Shown: piece after piece, positions 17,601-27,668 of the stretch
Layout: every line of letters starts with the position of its first letter
Position numbering within the stretch: the first letter of the stretch is position 1
IMG/VR virus record: IMGVR_UViG_3300028558_000016
Span: 310,001-374,000 of that record
Direction: 5' to 3' (one strand)
Length of the DNA stretch: 64,000 bases
Translations under genes and position numbers: made by a program
Notes under the pieces: model-generated
Databases searched by the model: none
What the model saw: only the letters and a program-made list of their open reading frames with translations
Told to the model about the DNA's origin: nothing

Positions 17601-18548
17601 ATGAAAGAAATAATATTACCGGTAGGACTTCCTGCAGCAGGAAAATCCACAATAGTAAATGATTACGTCAGCCAGGGGTTTGCTAAACTTTCGAGAGATG
17701 AAATTGGAGGAGGTCTTGAAGTAGACGGAAAAGTAAATACAAAACTCAAGGATTGGATCCGAATGGGCAAGGAACAAATAATAATGGATGCTACTTACAT
17801 GACTAAGGAAGTTAGGAAGCATGTTATAGACATTGCGAAGAAGAATGGATATAAAGTAACATGCGTTCACATTGCAACATCAATAGAAGATTCTCAATTT
17901 AATGCAGTTTCGAGAATGATCAACAGGCATGGAAAACTATTTCAACACGCAGACGATTATACCAAGGCAAAAGATCCTAACATGTTTCCAGTTGCTGCCT
18001 TATACAAAGCGAATAAAATAATCGAAAAGCCAACCATGTCAGAAGGATTCGACGAGGTTAAAATAGTTCCTTTCAAAAGGAAATTAAACGGCTACACAAA
18101 CAAAGCAATATTATTTGATTATGATGGAACACTAAGACAGACTAAAAATGCCGATTCATTATATCCAACAGATCCAAGCGACATTGAAATTCTTCCTGGG
18201 AGAACTGAAAAGATCAATGAATTGAAAAAAGAAGGTTACATCATACTCGGTGTTTCAAATCAAAGTGGTGTTGCTAAAGGAGTATTGACTTACGAAATGG
18301 CCGATAAGTGTTTCAAGAAAACAAATGAGCTTTTAGGTGTTGACATCGATTACAGATTTTGTTCTCACAAGGTTCCACCTATCACATGTTATTGCAGAAA
18401 ACCAGGAGTTGGATTTGGGGTTGAGTTCATCGAGAAATATAAATTGGATCCATCACAATGTATCATGGTTGGAGATATGAAATCCGATGAGACCTTCGCA
18501 AAGAGATGTGGTTTTAAATTTGTTCACGTAGATAAATTCTTTAAATGA
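17601..18548 (+). CDS. Polynucleotide kinase/3'-phosphatase (P-loop kinase + HAD IIIA)
   Basis: GLPAAGKS Walker A; FDYDGTL, SNQSG, CRKP, MVGD..SD. Confidence 0.85.
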   Translation: MKEIILPVGLPAAGKSTIVNDYVSQGFAKLSRDEIGGGLEVDGKVNTKLKDWIRMGKEQIIMDATYMTKEVRKHVIDIAKKNGYKVTCVHIATSIEDSQFNAVSRMINRHGKLFQHADDYTKAKDPNMFPVAALYKANKIIEKPTMSEGFDEVKIVPFKRKLNGYTNKAILFDYDGTLRQTKNADSLYPTDPSDIEILPGRTEKINELKKEGYIILGVSNQSGVAKGVLTYEMADKCFKKTNELLGVDIDYRFCSHKVPPITCYCRKPGVGFGVEFIEKYKLDPSQCIMVGDMKSDETFAKRCGFKFVHVDKFFK

Positions 18549-18700
18549 AGAAGAGCGATGAAGAAAAAATCAAAGACTTAAACTATGCTATAAAAGTATT
18601 TGAGAAAGCTTTAAAGGATGGAGGTTCTCCTGAAGCAGTTGAATGGGGAAAAAAATATCTCGAAAAGTTAAAGAAGAAAAAATTAAAACTAAAAAAATAA
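18545..18700 (+). CDS. Small basic protein (51 aa, not in ORF track)
   Basis: MKKSDEEKIKDLNYAIKVFEKAL...; fills the gap with an ATGA overlap. Confidence 0.55.
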   Translation: MKKSDEEKIKDLNYAIKVFEKALKDGGSPEAVEWGKKYLEKLKKKKLKLKK

Positions 18701-18706
18701 ATTATT

Positions 18707-19057
18707 ATGACAGAAGTTTTAGACAAATACGTGAAGTTCCTATGGGAACGTTTCATGGCAGACATGGATGTGCTAACGAATGTTTGGATGTACATTCCGC
18801 TTTTAATACCATTCATCTTCTACATGATATTCTTTGTCATCAAATGGTGGATCCTTCTTTTTCCAATAACCCTGCCTATAAGCATATTGAAAGGATTCTT
18901 CAGTGTAAAAATAAGAAATCAAAATGGAGTTTCCACTAAAAGTGAAATATTAAAAGAGATGAGCGATGACCTTGAAGATGTGGGTGTTCACCCAGACAAA
19001 AGTTACAAGGTCATCATGGAATGGAAGAAGAAATTCAGGATAGCTCGAAAAGATTAA
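18707..19057 (+). CDS. Membrane protein
   Basis: Hydrophobic central segment. Confidence 0.6.
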   Translation: MTEVLDKYVKFLWERFMADMDVLTNVWMYIPLLIPFIFYMIFFVIKWWILLFPITLPISILKGFFSVKIRNQNGVSTKSEILKEMSDDLEDVGVHPDKSYKVIMEWKKKFRIARKD

Positions 19058-19536
19058 AGCTTCTTTGTTATGACATGGTCTTCTATGTCCTCAAAGTTAT
19101 CGTTGAACTTAATTCTTTTCTTCTTAAGATATTCCTTGACAGATCCTATTCGTGTAAATCCCTCTCGGTAATAAAAACTGAGAGGTTTTCCTTCTTTATT
19201 TACGTATGAATTTATTTTCTTGCATCCGGCTTCCTTAGCAATCGAACACAGAAATTTCATAACTTCTTTTCCTTCTCCTTTATTTCTGTGTTGTGGAAGA
19301 ATACCGAGCCAACCGAGCCAAAGCTCTTTTGTGTCAAAATCGAGAGAATATAAACCACATACTCCTATGGTTTCTTTCTTATCATTCTTGATCAACCAAA
19401 CCTCCCAAAATTTTCCATCATCCACACATTTGCACCACATCTTCATAGTTTCTTTGAAGGACTCTCCAAAGTCAGCCATAAGTCCTGTAGTCAAACATTT
19501 GTACTGTCTGATATTTCTTGACTGAATAAATTTCAT
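19054..19536 (-). CDS. GNAT acetyltransferase
   Basis: LGWLGILPQHRNKGEG; FYYREGF. Confidence 0.85.
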   Translation of the reverse strand: MKFIQSRNIRQYKCLTTGLMADFGESFKETMKMWCKCVDDGKFWEVWLIKNDKKETIGVCGLYSLDFDTKELWLGWLGILPQHRNKGEGKEVMKFLCSIAKEAGCKKINSYVNKEGKPLSFYYREGFTRIGSVKEYLKKKRIKFNDNFEDIEDHVITKKL

Positions 19537-19538
19537 TG

Positions 19539-20279
19539 TTAACTTTGTTTAAAGTACCTAAATAGATGCGCAGACATAACATAGGTAATAGCAAGTCCGA
19601 TTCCGATAATGGTGAAAGACTTATCTATTCCTGCGTCGCCATTAACAAATATATTAAAATCGTACAAACCGTGATAAAAAGTTGCCGCACAAATACCAGC
19701 AAAAGTATGACACATCATCCTGAAACGTGGGTGAATTGATGATAGCATGTTCTTAGGCGAATCGTTGTCAATTCTGCCGAGGGCTACGAAGTATCCGAGC
19801 ATCAAACCACAAATCATGTGAACTAAGACTGAACTGAAAGATCTGATAAGAAGAACATCGCCCCCATAGATCTGGGCGTAAAGAATATTTTCAGAAACAG
19901 CAAAACCACAAGAAATAGACATCGCATAAAACATTATTGATGAAGGGTGATCAACCATCTTTTTGTTTCTGTACCAATCAGTGAGTTTGAACATCGAGAA
20001 TTTGCTCATCTCTTCAAGAGCACCAACCTTGACGAATGCCGTCGCAAAAAGCGCAATCATCATGTTCTTGCTCATTGGTTCATCCCAATTTGGGAACATG
20101 TAGTGAACTGCATTTACGAGTATCGTTGATAGAACTCCCATGCAAAAATAAAGTGATGCGGTTCTCCATCTAATTGTAAATGGTGGTGCTGTGATGTAAA
20201 CTATTATAGAGTAAATCAAAGCTGGAAGGAACGTGAAAATAAATGAGATCACGTTGTTGTCGTCAAACATTGAATGCAT
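19539..20279 (-). CDS. PrsW-family intramembrane protease
   Basis: LEEMSKF, GFAVSEN, VHM, YHGLYDF motifs. Confidence 0.85.
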   Translation of the reverse strand: MHSMFDDNNVISFIFTFLPALIYSIIVYITAPPFTIRWRTASLYFCMGVLSTILVNAVHYMFPNWDEPMSKNMMIALFATAFVKVGALEEMSKFSMFKLTDWYRNKKMVDHPSSIMFYAMSISCGFAVSENILYAQIYGGDVLLIRSFSSVLVHMICGLMLGYFVALGRIDNDSPKNMLSSIHPRFRMMCHTFAGICAATFYHGLYDFNIFVNGDAGIDKSFTIIGIGLAITYVMSAHLFRYFKQS

Positions 20280-20350
20280 GGAAAATAAACCTTTATTTTA
20301 TATATTCAAAATGATTTTATTGATTATATGTATTATTTCCAAGACGTTGT

Positions 20351-20424
20351 AACTTATTGATAATCAATAGATTGCTTCGATCATTTTCCATCTATAATTT
20401 TAACCTATTGATAATCAAGCAGTT
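20351..20424. promoter_or_regulatory. Two copies of palindromic box AACnTnTTGAnnATCAAnnnnTT
   Basis: 20351-20373 and 20402-20424; further copies at 27574-27596 and 56671-56693. Confidence 0.6.
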
Positions 20425-20532
20425 ACAAAATTGTTATTAAATATTGATGAAATTATTTTTCCATGTCACAAATAGTTAGTAAATTTACTATATCAAATTA
20501 ATCATTTAATTATAAACTCTAAAAACAAAAAA

Positions 20533-21180
20533 ATGTCAACAACTAAAAAACCAGGAGCCGGATTATTAGGCTTAGCGAAAAAAACAGTAAAAACAACTGC
20601 TGCTAAAAAAGACAACAAAGAAGTAATTACAGTTTCGGATAAAACCGTTTCTGATGCAATTGACACTTATATTAAAAACAAAAAGATCGCCGACGAAGCT
20701 GCCGCTGCAATGGCTGCCGCTTCTGAAATCGTGAAAAGCGAAGGTGGTAAAAAAATCTTCATCGAAGAAATGGAGAAAACCGGTCGCTCAAAAGAATCAT
20801 TCATTCTTGCCAGCCAAAATGGAAACAGCTTAATGTATGTTGTTACCGACGCTTACAAACGCGCAAACTTGGATGAAGAACGTGTTGAGTACTTACGCAA
20901 AATGTTTGGCGAAGAAATCATCACAGACAAAAACGAATTCATCGTTAATCCTGAATTAATCGATGAGCATGGTGAAACACTTTGCGAATTAATTAAAAAT
21001 TGTCCTAAGTTTACCGATGAGGTTAAAGAAAGCCTTATCCAATTGAAACAATCGTTCACAATTGCAAAAGGAACTAAAGATAAAATGCGCGACATCGCAA
21101 AAGCTTCCAATACAACTGTTGAAACAGTGTTTGAAGAAGTTCAACCAACATGTCAAGTGAAAGTTCGCGGTTCAAAATAA
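20533..21180 (+). CDS. Hypothetical (probably early) protein
   Basis: ORF after TAGTAAATTTACTA, followed by a terminator. Confidence 0.7.
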   Translation: MSTTKKPGAGLLGLAKKTVKTTAAKKDNKEVITVSDKTVSDAIDTYIKNKKIADEAAAAMAAASEIVKSEGGKKIFIEEMEKTGRSKESFILASQNGNSLMYVVTDAYKRANLDEERVEYLRKMFGEEIITDKNEFIVNPELIDEHGETLCELIKNCPKFTDEVKESLIQLKQSFTIAKGTKDKMRDIAKASNTTVETVFEEVQPTCQVKVRGSK

Positions 21181-21200
21181 TCCGCGGAATTTCCAAAATC

Positions 21201-21234
21201 AAGGGAAGGTTCGCCATGGACCTTCCCTTTTTTT
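21201..21234 (+). terminator. Rho-independent terminator
   Basis: AAGGGAAGGT..ACCTTCCCTT + T tract. Confidence 0.8.
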
Positions 21235-21260
21235 ATTTCACAAAACTAAAAATGATAAAA

Positions 21261-21764
21261 ATGAATAACGAAATTGAAAAAGAAGCAACAAAAGAAGCAC
21301 TCATTGATGGATTATACAATGCATGTGAGGATGTTTGCAAGACACTCACCATTGATGAAATCATGGAAACCATAGAGGAATCCAAAAAAAGAATTAAAGA
21401 TCACCTGCTGTTACTCCCATATAGCAAGAAGGAACAAACTCCATATCTTGATTGGGCTTTTGAGGATTTTGGTTACAGAGGAGGAATTACCGCTGAGGTT
21501 ATTGACAAGCTTGCTCCGCACACAATTATCGCAAAAGGAGAAATTGAAAATTCCGAAAAAGGATTATTCATGGTAAATTCCAATATTGGAAAAAAATTAT
21601 TGTGGGTGGCGAAAAAAGGTGGTGGAGATGATTGGGCCATTTACACTTTTTGGGCAGAAAAAGGTATTGATTATGTTCTGAAACATGGGGATAAAGTTAG
21701 CAAATACAATGTGCACAAACTTGTTCCTGTCGATGACGAAGCATTGAAAATGTATAGAAGTTAA
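21261..21764 (+). CDS. Hypothetical protein
   Basis: ORF; start placed downstream of the terminator. Confidence 0.6.
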   Translation: MNNEIEKEATKEALIDGLYNACEDVCKTLTIDEIMETIEESKKRIKDHLLLLPYSKKEQTPYLDWAFEDFGYRGGITAEVIDKLAPHTIIAKGEIENSEKGLFMVNSNIGKKLLWVAKKGGGDDWAIYTFWAEKGIDYVLKHGDKVSKYNVHKLVPVDDEALKMYRS

Positions 21765-21838
21765 ATCCGTAGTATGGTGCGTGGGGGAAAGCCCCCGACT
21801 CGTGTTATCATTTTCACGGTTTGAAACATACGGATAGT

Positions 21839-21869
21839 AAAACGGCCTCAATGAGGCCGTTTTTATTTT
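21839..21869 (+). terminator. Rho-independent terminator
   Basis: AAAACGGCCTC-AAT-GAGGCCGTTTT. Confidence 0.85.
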
Positions 21870-21913
21870 ACATGAAAAGTTAGTACATTTACCTGAAATC
21901 AAAAGATAACAAA

Positions 21914-22189
21914 ATGGCAACTATCATTAAAGCTGACGGCTCAGAAGAAAATCTTGTTTTGGAAAAAACAACCTCATTGAAAACATTGCAAAAAGCAGTT
22001 GGAGGTTATATCGAACTTTTACATACCAAAGATGGAAGATACATGCTCTGCAATGAAGATGGAAAAAGCATGAACCTTTCTCCAAACGAAAAAGCCACAG
22101 AGTTATGGGCTGGGCAAAACGAGATAATTCTCGGAGATGTTGTTGTCTGTGATAGAATTGAACTTGATAAAGGAGAAGGAGATGAATGA
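21914..22189 (+). CDS. DUF3846-like protein
   Basis: LQKAVGGYIE...NEDGK...N..AT...ILGDVVV. Confidence 0.75.
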   Translation: MATIIKADGSEENLVLEKTTSLKTLQKAVGGYIELLHTKDGRYMLCNEDGKSMNLSPNEKATELWAGQNEIILGDVVVCDRIELDKGEGDE

Positions 22190-22544
22190 AGAATTGACCA
22201 TAAAGGAAACAATCGTTTATGACGTTGACAAACAAAATGCAAGTGTTGTAGCTGGAGAAAAACCGAGGTCGTGGACAACATGGGAAGGCAGACGATTGAC
22301 TGTTGACCAAATTGACCACCAACATTTGTCAAACATATATTGGTTCAATGTGCTATTGTATAACAGAGTTTATTTGTTCATTGTTGAAGAACTTCAAAAA
22401 AGATTTAATTCAGTTCTTCTTCCATACAGACCGGATGTCAGATTTGACAACGAGATAAGAAGCCTTGATAAAAAAGGATTCTTATATGAGGGCGGAAGGT
22501 TGATCATGTATAACGGAGTTGTTATAGGAGAAATTAAAAAATAG
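22182..22544 (+). CDS. Hypothetical protein (TAG-TAA stop)
   Basis: ORF. Confidence 0.6.
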   Translation: MNEELTIKETIVYDVDKQNASVVAGEKPRSWTTWEGRRLTVDQIDHQHLSNIYWFNVLLYNRVYLFIVEELQKRFNSVLLPYRPDVRFDNEIRSLDKKGFLYEGGRLIMYNGVVIGEIKK

Positions 22545-22548
22545 TAAA

Positions 22549-23064
22549 ATGGAAAACACATTGGTTCAATTTAATGTTAACGATCACGTTCTTGTGAAAC
22601 TTCTCGATGATGGAATTATTGCTTTCATCAAACACTACAATCAATATGCTTTAAAGAAAGAAGACAAGTTGACCATCACTGAATTTGTAAAGAGAGCCGA
22701 CAAGGATGGATATTATGAAATTCAAATGCATGAATTCATGTCAGTGTTTGGAGAGCATGTTTCTAATACAATGGATTTTAGATACTTCGAGCCGAACATT
22801 TATTTCAACAAGAAAGACCTTCATCAAAAAGAAGTGAAAGCTGTTGAAGGATGGAGCGCCCAGAATTATCACGGATTTCAAGTTGATCTTCCCGATGGAT
22901 ATTATGAAGGAGTTTGGGGTGGCGGAGAAGTTGATATTATCAATTTGAATATTAAAGGAAGAGAATCAACTTATACATTCAAAACTTCCGTTGAAGTAAA
23001 ATGTACCAATTGTCCAGTGAAAGTGACAGTCGTTAATAAAAGAGCTTACGTATACGAACCTTAA
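22549..23064 (+). CDS. Two-domain hypothetical protein
   Basis: C-terminal LPDGYYEGVWGG domain paralogous to 24943-25161. Confidence 0.6.
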   Translation: MENTLVQFNVNDHVLVKLLDDGIIAFIKHYNQYALKKEDKLTITEFVKRADKDGYYEIQMHEFMSVFGEHVSNTMDFRYFEPNIYFNKKDLHQKEVKAVEGWSAQNYHGFQVDLPDGYYEGVWGGGEVDIINLNIKGRESTYTFKTSVEVKCTNCPVKVTVVNKRAYVYEP

Positions 23065-23073
23065 AACAAGAAT

Positions 23074-23340
23074 ATGAACAAATGCTTATGTGATGGAAAA
23101 GGATGGATTAGAATGCCTGGAACAAAGGCCCTGATTTATTGCCCTGACTGTGAAAAGCCAAGGATCCTCAAAAGAATGATAAAATCTGGAACCAAGATAG
23201 TAAGCCCTGTGTTTGGTACAGGAGAAGTGGTGGAAGATGGAAAGGCGGCAAAAAAGACCATAAAAGTGAGGTTTTCCAAGCAGGATAAAGATATTGACCT
23301 GGATAGGACAGAGGTGGCCTACGTCTATGACCAGGCTTGA
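23074..23340 (+). CDS. Hypothetical Zn-finger/SH3-like protein
   Basis: CLC..CPDC; PVFGTGEV. Confidence 0.5.
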   Translation: MNKCLCDGKGWIRMPGTKALIYCPDCEKPRILKRMIKSGTKIVSPVFGTGEVVEDGKAAKKTIKVRFSKQDKDIDLDRTEVAYVYDQA

Positions 23341-23402
23341 CTTCCGGGCATTTTTTTATGTGGATAAAAGTTAGTATATTTGTAGTATAAAACCAACCAG
23401 AT

Positions 23403-24083
23403 ATGATACAGTATAATGAGTTCAGATACATTTTTCCACCACGTGCGGAAAATGCTCTTTCACCTGATGCGTTGAAAGATTACGATAACGGAAAATATAT
23501 TGCCCAACCAAAACTTGATGGCGATTGCATGTTGATATTCACAAATGGAATAGAGACACGCATTATGGATCGTCACAAAAAAGAATTCTTGAAGAACATC
23601 AAGATGACTCCAACACTTCAAAAGCTTCACAGAGAAACTGACAATGGAACAAAAAATAAATGGATGATCCTTGTTGGTGAGCACATGATCAAATCAAAAA
23701 AGAATGCCGAAGGTAAAACATGGAATGAGAAGTATGTTATTTTTGACATCATTGCTTTTGATGGAATTCAGTTAGTAGGCAAAACATTTCAGGAGAGACA
23801 AGAACTTCTCGATAAGCTTTTTGGAAAAGAAGAAGTTGCATTGACAAAAACTGGAACATATAAGGATAAATTCCTTTATGCAACGGAAATTGAAGACGTG
23901 TTTCGCGTTAAATCATTCCGTGATTGTTTTTCTGCTCTTTGGAGCGATTTGACAAAGATTGACATGTACGAAGGTCTCGTTATAAAAAGAGCCGATGCAA
24001 AACTTGAAAATGGAAGCACACAAAAGAACAACATAAATTCACAATTAAAATTCAGAAAGGCCACTTTAAATTATCCACATTAA
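23403..24083 (+). CDS. ATP-dependent ligase-like adenylation domain
   Basis: QPKLDG, VGE, FDII, ERQELL, EGLVIK. Confidence 0.8.
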   Translation: MIQYNEFRYIFPPRAENALSPDALKDYDNGKYIAQPKLDGDCMLIFTNGIETRIMDRHKKEFLKNIKMTPTLQKLHRETDNGTKNKWMILVGEHMIKSKKNAEGKTWNEKYVIFDIIAFDGIQLVGKTFQERQELLDKLFGKEEVALTKTGTYKDKFLYATEIEDVFRVKSFRDCFSALWSDLTKIDMYEGLVIKRADAKLENGSTQKNNINSQLKFRKATLNYPH

Positions 24084-24550
24084 TGAGCAAGGAAAAAACA
24101 GTAAAGGCACATGAGACGAAATTAATAACCGCAAGGGAATTATTTTCCATGTCATACGCAACGCGTGAGCTTTATACACCGGACAAAATTGAGTCCATGA
24201 AAAAGAAAATAATCGAAAGACTCAAGCTGAAAATGTCGAGCGTTGAATTTTTCGAGAATGAAGGAATAATTTTTTATTCATCAACATTCAAGGAAGAAAA
24301 AGGTCCAAACAAAGGAGATCAATTAACCACCATCAATTATCTAAAGGATTATTCCGTAATGAGTGGTGGCGAATTATGGAAATTCGGTTACATCAACAAG
24401 AAGACAGGACAAATAACTCTTCTTTTTGGCGGTCATTGCGTGGCCAAAGGAAGACAAGAAGCATTTAAGTATTTTGAAATAGCAAAAGTAGTAACAACCA
24501 GTAAATTTGAAAACTCAGCAGACTTAATTCCGTTTGCTCATAAAGATTAA
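24083..24550 (+). CDS. Hypothetical protein
   Basis: ORF. Confidence 0.6.
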   Translation: MSKEKTVKAHETKLITARELFSMSYATRELYTPDKIESMKKKIIERLKLKMSSVEFFENEGIIFYSSTFKEEKGPNKGDQLTTINYLKDYSVMSGGELWKFGYINKKTGQITLLFGGHCVAKGRQEAFKYFEIAKVVTTSKFENSADLIPFAHKD

Positions 24551-24554
24551 AACC

Positions 24555-24941
24555 ATGAAAAAACTTTTATTCATTCCGTTAATTTTCCTTTTCGCATGTG
24601 GAAAGGAAGTAGTCCTAAACAAGGATTTCATCACCATCGACAACATTGAAAAGAACGATGATAATTCCTTTGAAATAAGCTTGAAAGCTCCGGCTGAAAG
24701 CGGAGGTTCAATGCCTGATGTCCATTTCACTTCCAAATTCAGATTTCAAGCCGGTGATACTCTTTGGTCGAGATACCAATTGAAAGAGTATAACATTGAC
24801 AAAATAACTCAAGCCAATATTGAAAATGCTTCTTTGAAAGATTCTTTACAGAAGATAAACATGCTTCTTAAAAAAGCTGAATTGGAAAATGAGCTTTTAA
24901 AAGATCATTACTTTTCAACATTACAACCAGCATCAAAATAA
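24555..24941 (+). CDS. Lipoprotein with coiled-coil C-terminus
   Basis: MKKLLFIPLIFLFAC lipobox. Confidence 0.7.
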   Translation: MKKLLFIPLIFLFACGKEVVLNKDFITIDNIEKNDDNSFEISLKAPAESGGSMPDVHFTSKFRFQAGDTLWSRYQLKEYNIDKITQANIENASLKDSLQKINMLLKKAELENELLKDHYFSTLQPASK

Positions 24942-24942
24942 T

Positions 24943-25161
24943 ATGAAACATAAAATCAAATCAATCAAAGAAAAAGTTCCTCAATTAACTACATTGCCAG
25001 ACGGCCTTTATAATGGAGTTTGGGGCGGATATGTTATAGAAGTTAAGTACAAAGACAAAACTTTTGAATTAGAAACAGAAGAAGGGGTAAGAGGTATGGA
25101 CATAAAAGTTGTTGTTGAAGTTAAAGATGGTGTTCCATCATTCGATGAAGTCAATTCTTAA
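24943..25161 (+). CDS. Hypothetical protein
   Basis: LPDGLYNGVWGG. Confidence 0.6.
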   Translation: MKHKIKSIKEKVPQLTTLPDGLYNGVWGGYVIEVKYKDKTFELETEEGVRGMDIKVVVEVKDGVPSFDEVNS

Positions 25162-25172
25162 TTCTTAAAAAC

Positions 25173-25853
25173 ATGTTTGATCAATTACAAGAATTTTTAT
25201 ATGTCATTGTAGCTTGCATTTCAGCCTACATCATTTATCAAGTATATCAGTTTAGAAAACTCCTTTTATTAGCAGGAGTTTTCGCTGTTTTAGGATATAT
25301 CGGTTACTTGATATATGGTCAACGAATGTTGACAAATGAAGTGGCACAAAAGACCACTGAAATAAAAGAGAAATCGAATGAACTCCAACAAATAAAAAAG
25401 ACGCTTGCGGAAGAAGATTTTAATAACACAAGATCGCTTGGTTATCGTTTAAACAATCCTGGAAACATACGCAAATCTTCGACAACATTTAAAGGCGAGG
25501 TGGAAAGTCCTGAAGCTTTCAAGCAATTCAAATCTATGAAGTATGGATTTAGAGCCATGACATCCTTGCTCCACACCTACATAAATAGCGGTTTCAATAC
25601 AGTGGAAACAATATTAAACAGGTATGCGCCATCGAGCGATGGAAATAATCCTGTGAATTATACAAAGTCAGTTATTAAATTAGCCAATGTTCGTCCAGAC
25701 CAGGCTCTATCAACTCCTGATTTTAAAAATGGAAATATGCTCAACATCATGTATGCTATGACGAGAGTTGAACAAGGATATTCTCCTAACATTCATGATC
25801 TCCATGAGGGTTACATGATGTATGTGAGAGAAATTAATTTACAAGTAGAATAA
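25173..25853 (+). CDS. Membrane-anchored lysozyme-like (NNPGNI family) protein
   Basis: Two TM helices; RLNNPGNIR, F.SM.YGFRA, RYAP..DGNN...Y, MTRVE.G. Confidence 0.7.
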   Translation: MFDQLQEFLYVIVACISAYIIYQVYQFRKLLLLAGVFAVLGYIGYLIYGQRMLTNEVAQKTTEIKEKSNELQQIKKTLAEEDFNNTRSLGYRLNNPGNIRKSSTTFKGEVESPEAFKQFKSMKYGFRAMTSLLHTYINSGFNTVETILNRYAPSSDGNNPVNYTKSVIKLANVRPDQALSTPDFKNGNMLNIMYAMTRVEQGYSPNIHDLHEGYMMYVREINLQVE

Positions 25854-26173
25854 TGGAAAGAATAATAATACCAGAAAAAGATTTCAACAAGCTTACAAAA
25901 GATGAGCTCATGAATTGTTTTGCATTAGTAACACATGATGGCTCAGACCAATATGTTTCAGGATGGAAAGTAATCATTGATGATTGCATGCAAGAAGCAC
26001 GTGAAACAAAATCTAACGCAGAAGCCACAAAATTTATAGCTGCTCGAACAAATTTACAGTTGCTTGATAAGTACTATGAGCAAAATTCAGATCTTAATGG
26101 AAATAATCACGAATTGTTATTGGCCAAAATAATTAAAGGAATTCCTAAACTGTACGTAATACAAATCGACTAA
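25853..26173 (+). CDS. Hypothetical protein
   Basis: ORF. Confidence 0.6.
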   Translation: MERIIIPEKDFNKLTKDELMNCFALVTHDGSDQYVSGWKVIIDDCMQEARETKSNAEATKFIAARTNLQLLDKYYEQNSDLNGNNHELLLAKIIKGIPKLYVIQID

Positions 26174-27259
26174 ATGAAAATAGAAGCCGGAAGTAAAGCA
26201 AAAATCTATTGCCTATCTGACAAACCAGAAGGTGAAATAATTTCAGTGACGGACACCACAGCAGTAATTAAGATTGACCGTGGAGTTCTAACTGTTGACA
26301 TGGATGACATCGTGGAAGGCGATGAATTCCTAAAAGTATTAAACTACAGATCCATAGAGGAAGAAAAGAATGAGCCTGAACCTAACAGTCCAGAAAAATT
26401 CGCAGATGACATGATGGCAACTGTACAAGCCTTGAAGGAAGATGACAAAGACATTTATAAGTTGTTCATGCACTTCATAAGAACTTCTGACACTGTAAAG
26501 AAAGATGGAATAATATTTCCTCTGCCATGCATATTTGAAATGCCATCAGGAAAAACCCTCGAAGGACTCGAAGATAAAATTAACACAAAGGCCACGATCG
26601 CGATGGCTGGATTGGCTTTACCTGTTCCACAGGTTTATGCTTCTGCTTCAGGCATAATTAAAAAGGAAAATCCGAAGGAAATAATATTTGCCACATTCAT
26701 TGAAAATAAATTGTCTGAAGGAAAAATAGATCCAAAATATTACAGAGTTCTTTGCATATTCAGGATGAAAAGAAATAAGTGGATGTATGGCGTCATGGGA
26801 TATAACACAAAAGAAGATCTCGTAAATCAAGAGCCTGATTGGAAGAACGAAGCATGGATCGAAAAGATGAAAGCTCTTCTTGGTTCAGGTGGTGCAATTC
26901 CTATTCCAGAAAAAGTTGGAACTGCGTATGGCAACAAGATCGACATAAAGATTTGGAGAGAGAACAGCCAAGGTTATTTTTATGAAGGAGATGTCGTTCT
27001 GGAAAAGCTCGATAAGAAGACTCAGAAGTATGTAAAGGAAAATAACCTCGATCTTAAATTCAGTGATCCGGATAACAGAACTAAGATAATGGATTTCTTC
27101 AAGAGCAAAGACATGACACTTGATTTCATGGACACTGGGACTGGTTCATTCGTTAACCTTATGGTATCAAACAAAGGATTCATGTTCATGGACAGAAGAA
27201 GTAAAACAAGAGCAATCCTCGAAGCAATAGAAGCAGTAGCAAACGAAAAGAAAAAGTAA
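26174..27259 (+). CDS. Hypothetical protein
   Basis: 361-aa ORF. Confidence 0.7.
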   Translation: MKIEAGSKAKIYCLSDKPEGEIISVTDTTAVIKIDRGVLTVDMDDIVEGDEFLKVLNYRSIEEEKNEPEPNSPEKFADDMMATVQALKEDDKDIYKLFMHFIRTSDTVKKDGIIFPLPCIFEMPSGKTLEGLEDKINTKATIAMAGLALPVPQVYASASGIIKKENPKEIIFATFIENKLSEGKIDPKYYRVLCIFRMKRNKWMYGVMGYNTKEDLVNQEPDWKNEAWIEKMKALLGSGGAIPIPEKVGTAYGNKIDIKIWRENSQGYFYEGDVVLEKLDKKTQKYVKENNLDLKFSDPDNRTKIMDFFKSKDMTLDFMDTGTGSFVNLMVSNKGFMFMDRRSKTRAILEAIEAVANEKKK

Positions 27260-27260
27260 T

Positions 27261-27575
27261 ATGAAAACAATAGTAGTAAAAGTTGAAGTAAAAACCGACA
27301 GGGTACAGGACTTCATAGATGCAACAATTGAAAGTCAAACAGCAACAACAAAAGAACCTCGTTGTTTGTCTTACACAATTTTGCAAGACGAAAAAGAGAA
27401 ACACAAATTCACTTTGGTGGAAACTTACAAGAACGATGCGGCCATAGAAGAACACAAGGCAACACCTCATTTTTTAAAGTGGAGAGAAGTGGTTCAGGAA
27501 ATGATGGCATGTCCGAGAGTGAGTTCTAAACACGATTTCATTGATTGGAAGAACAGCTCAGTAGAAACACTGTAA
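27261..27575 (+). CDS. ABM/LsrG-type putative quinol monooxygenase
   Basis: EPRCLSY, F.LVETY, H..TPHF..W. Confidence 0.85.
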   Translation: MKTIVVKVEVKTDRVQDFIDATIESQTATTKEPRCLSYTILQDEKEKHKFTLVETYKNDAAIEEHKATPHFLKWREVVQEMMACPRVSSKHDFIDWKNSSVETL

Positions 27576-27668
27576 CTTGTTGATTATCAATAGATTAGAA
27601 TTGAATAAGCATTTTTAAATGTGATGGAAATTTAGTAATTTTACTATGTAAATCAATAACAAACCAAC

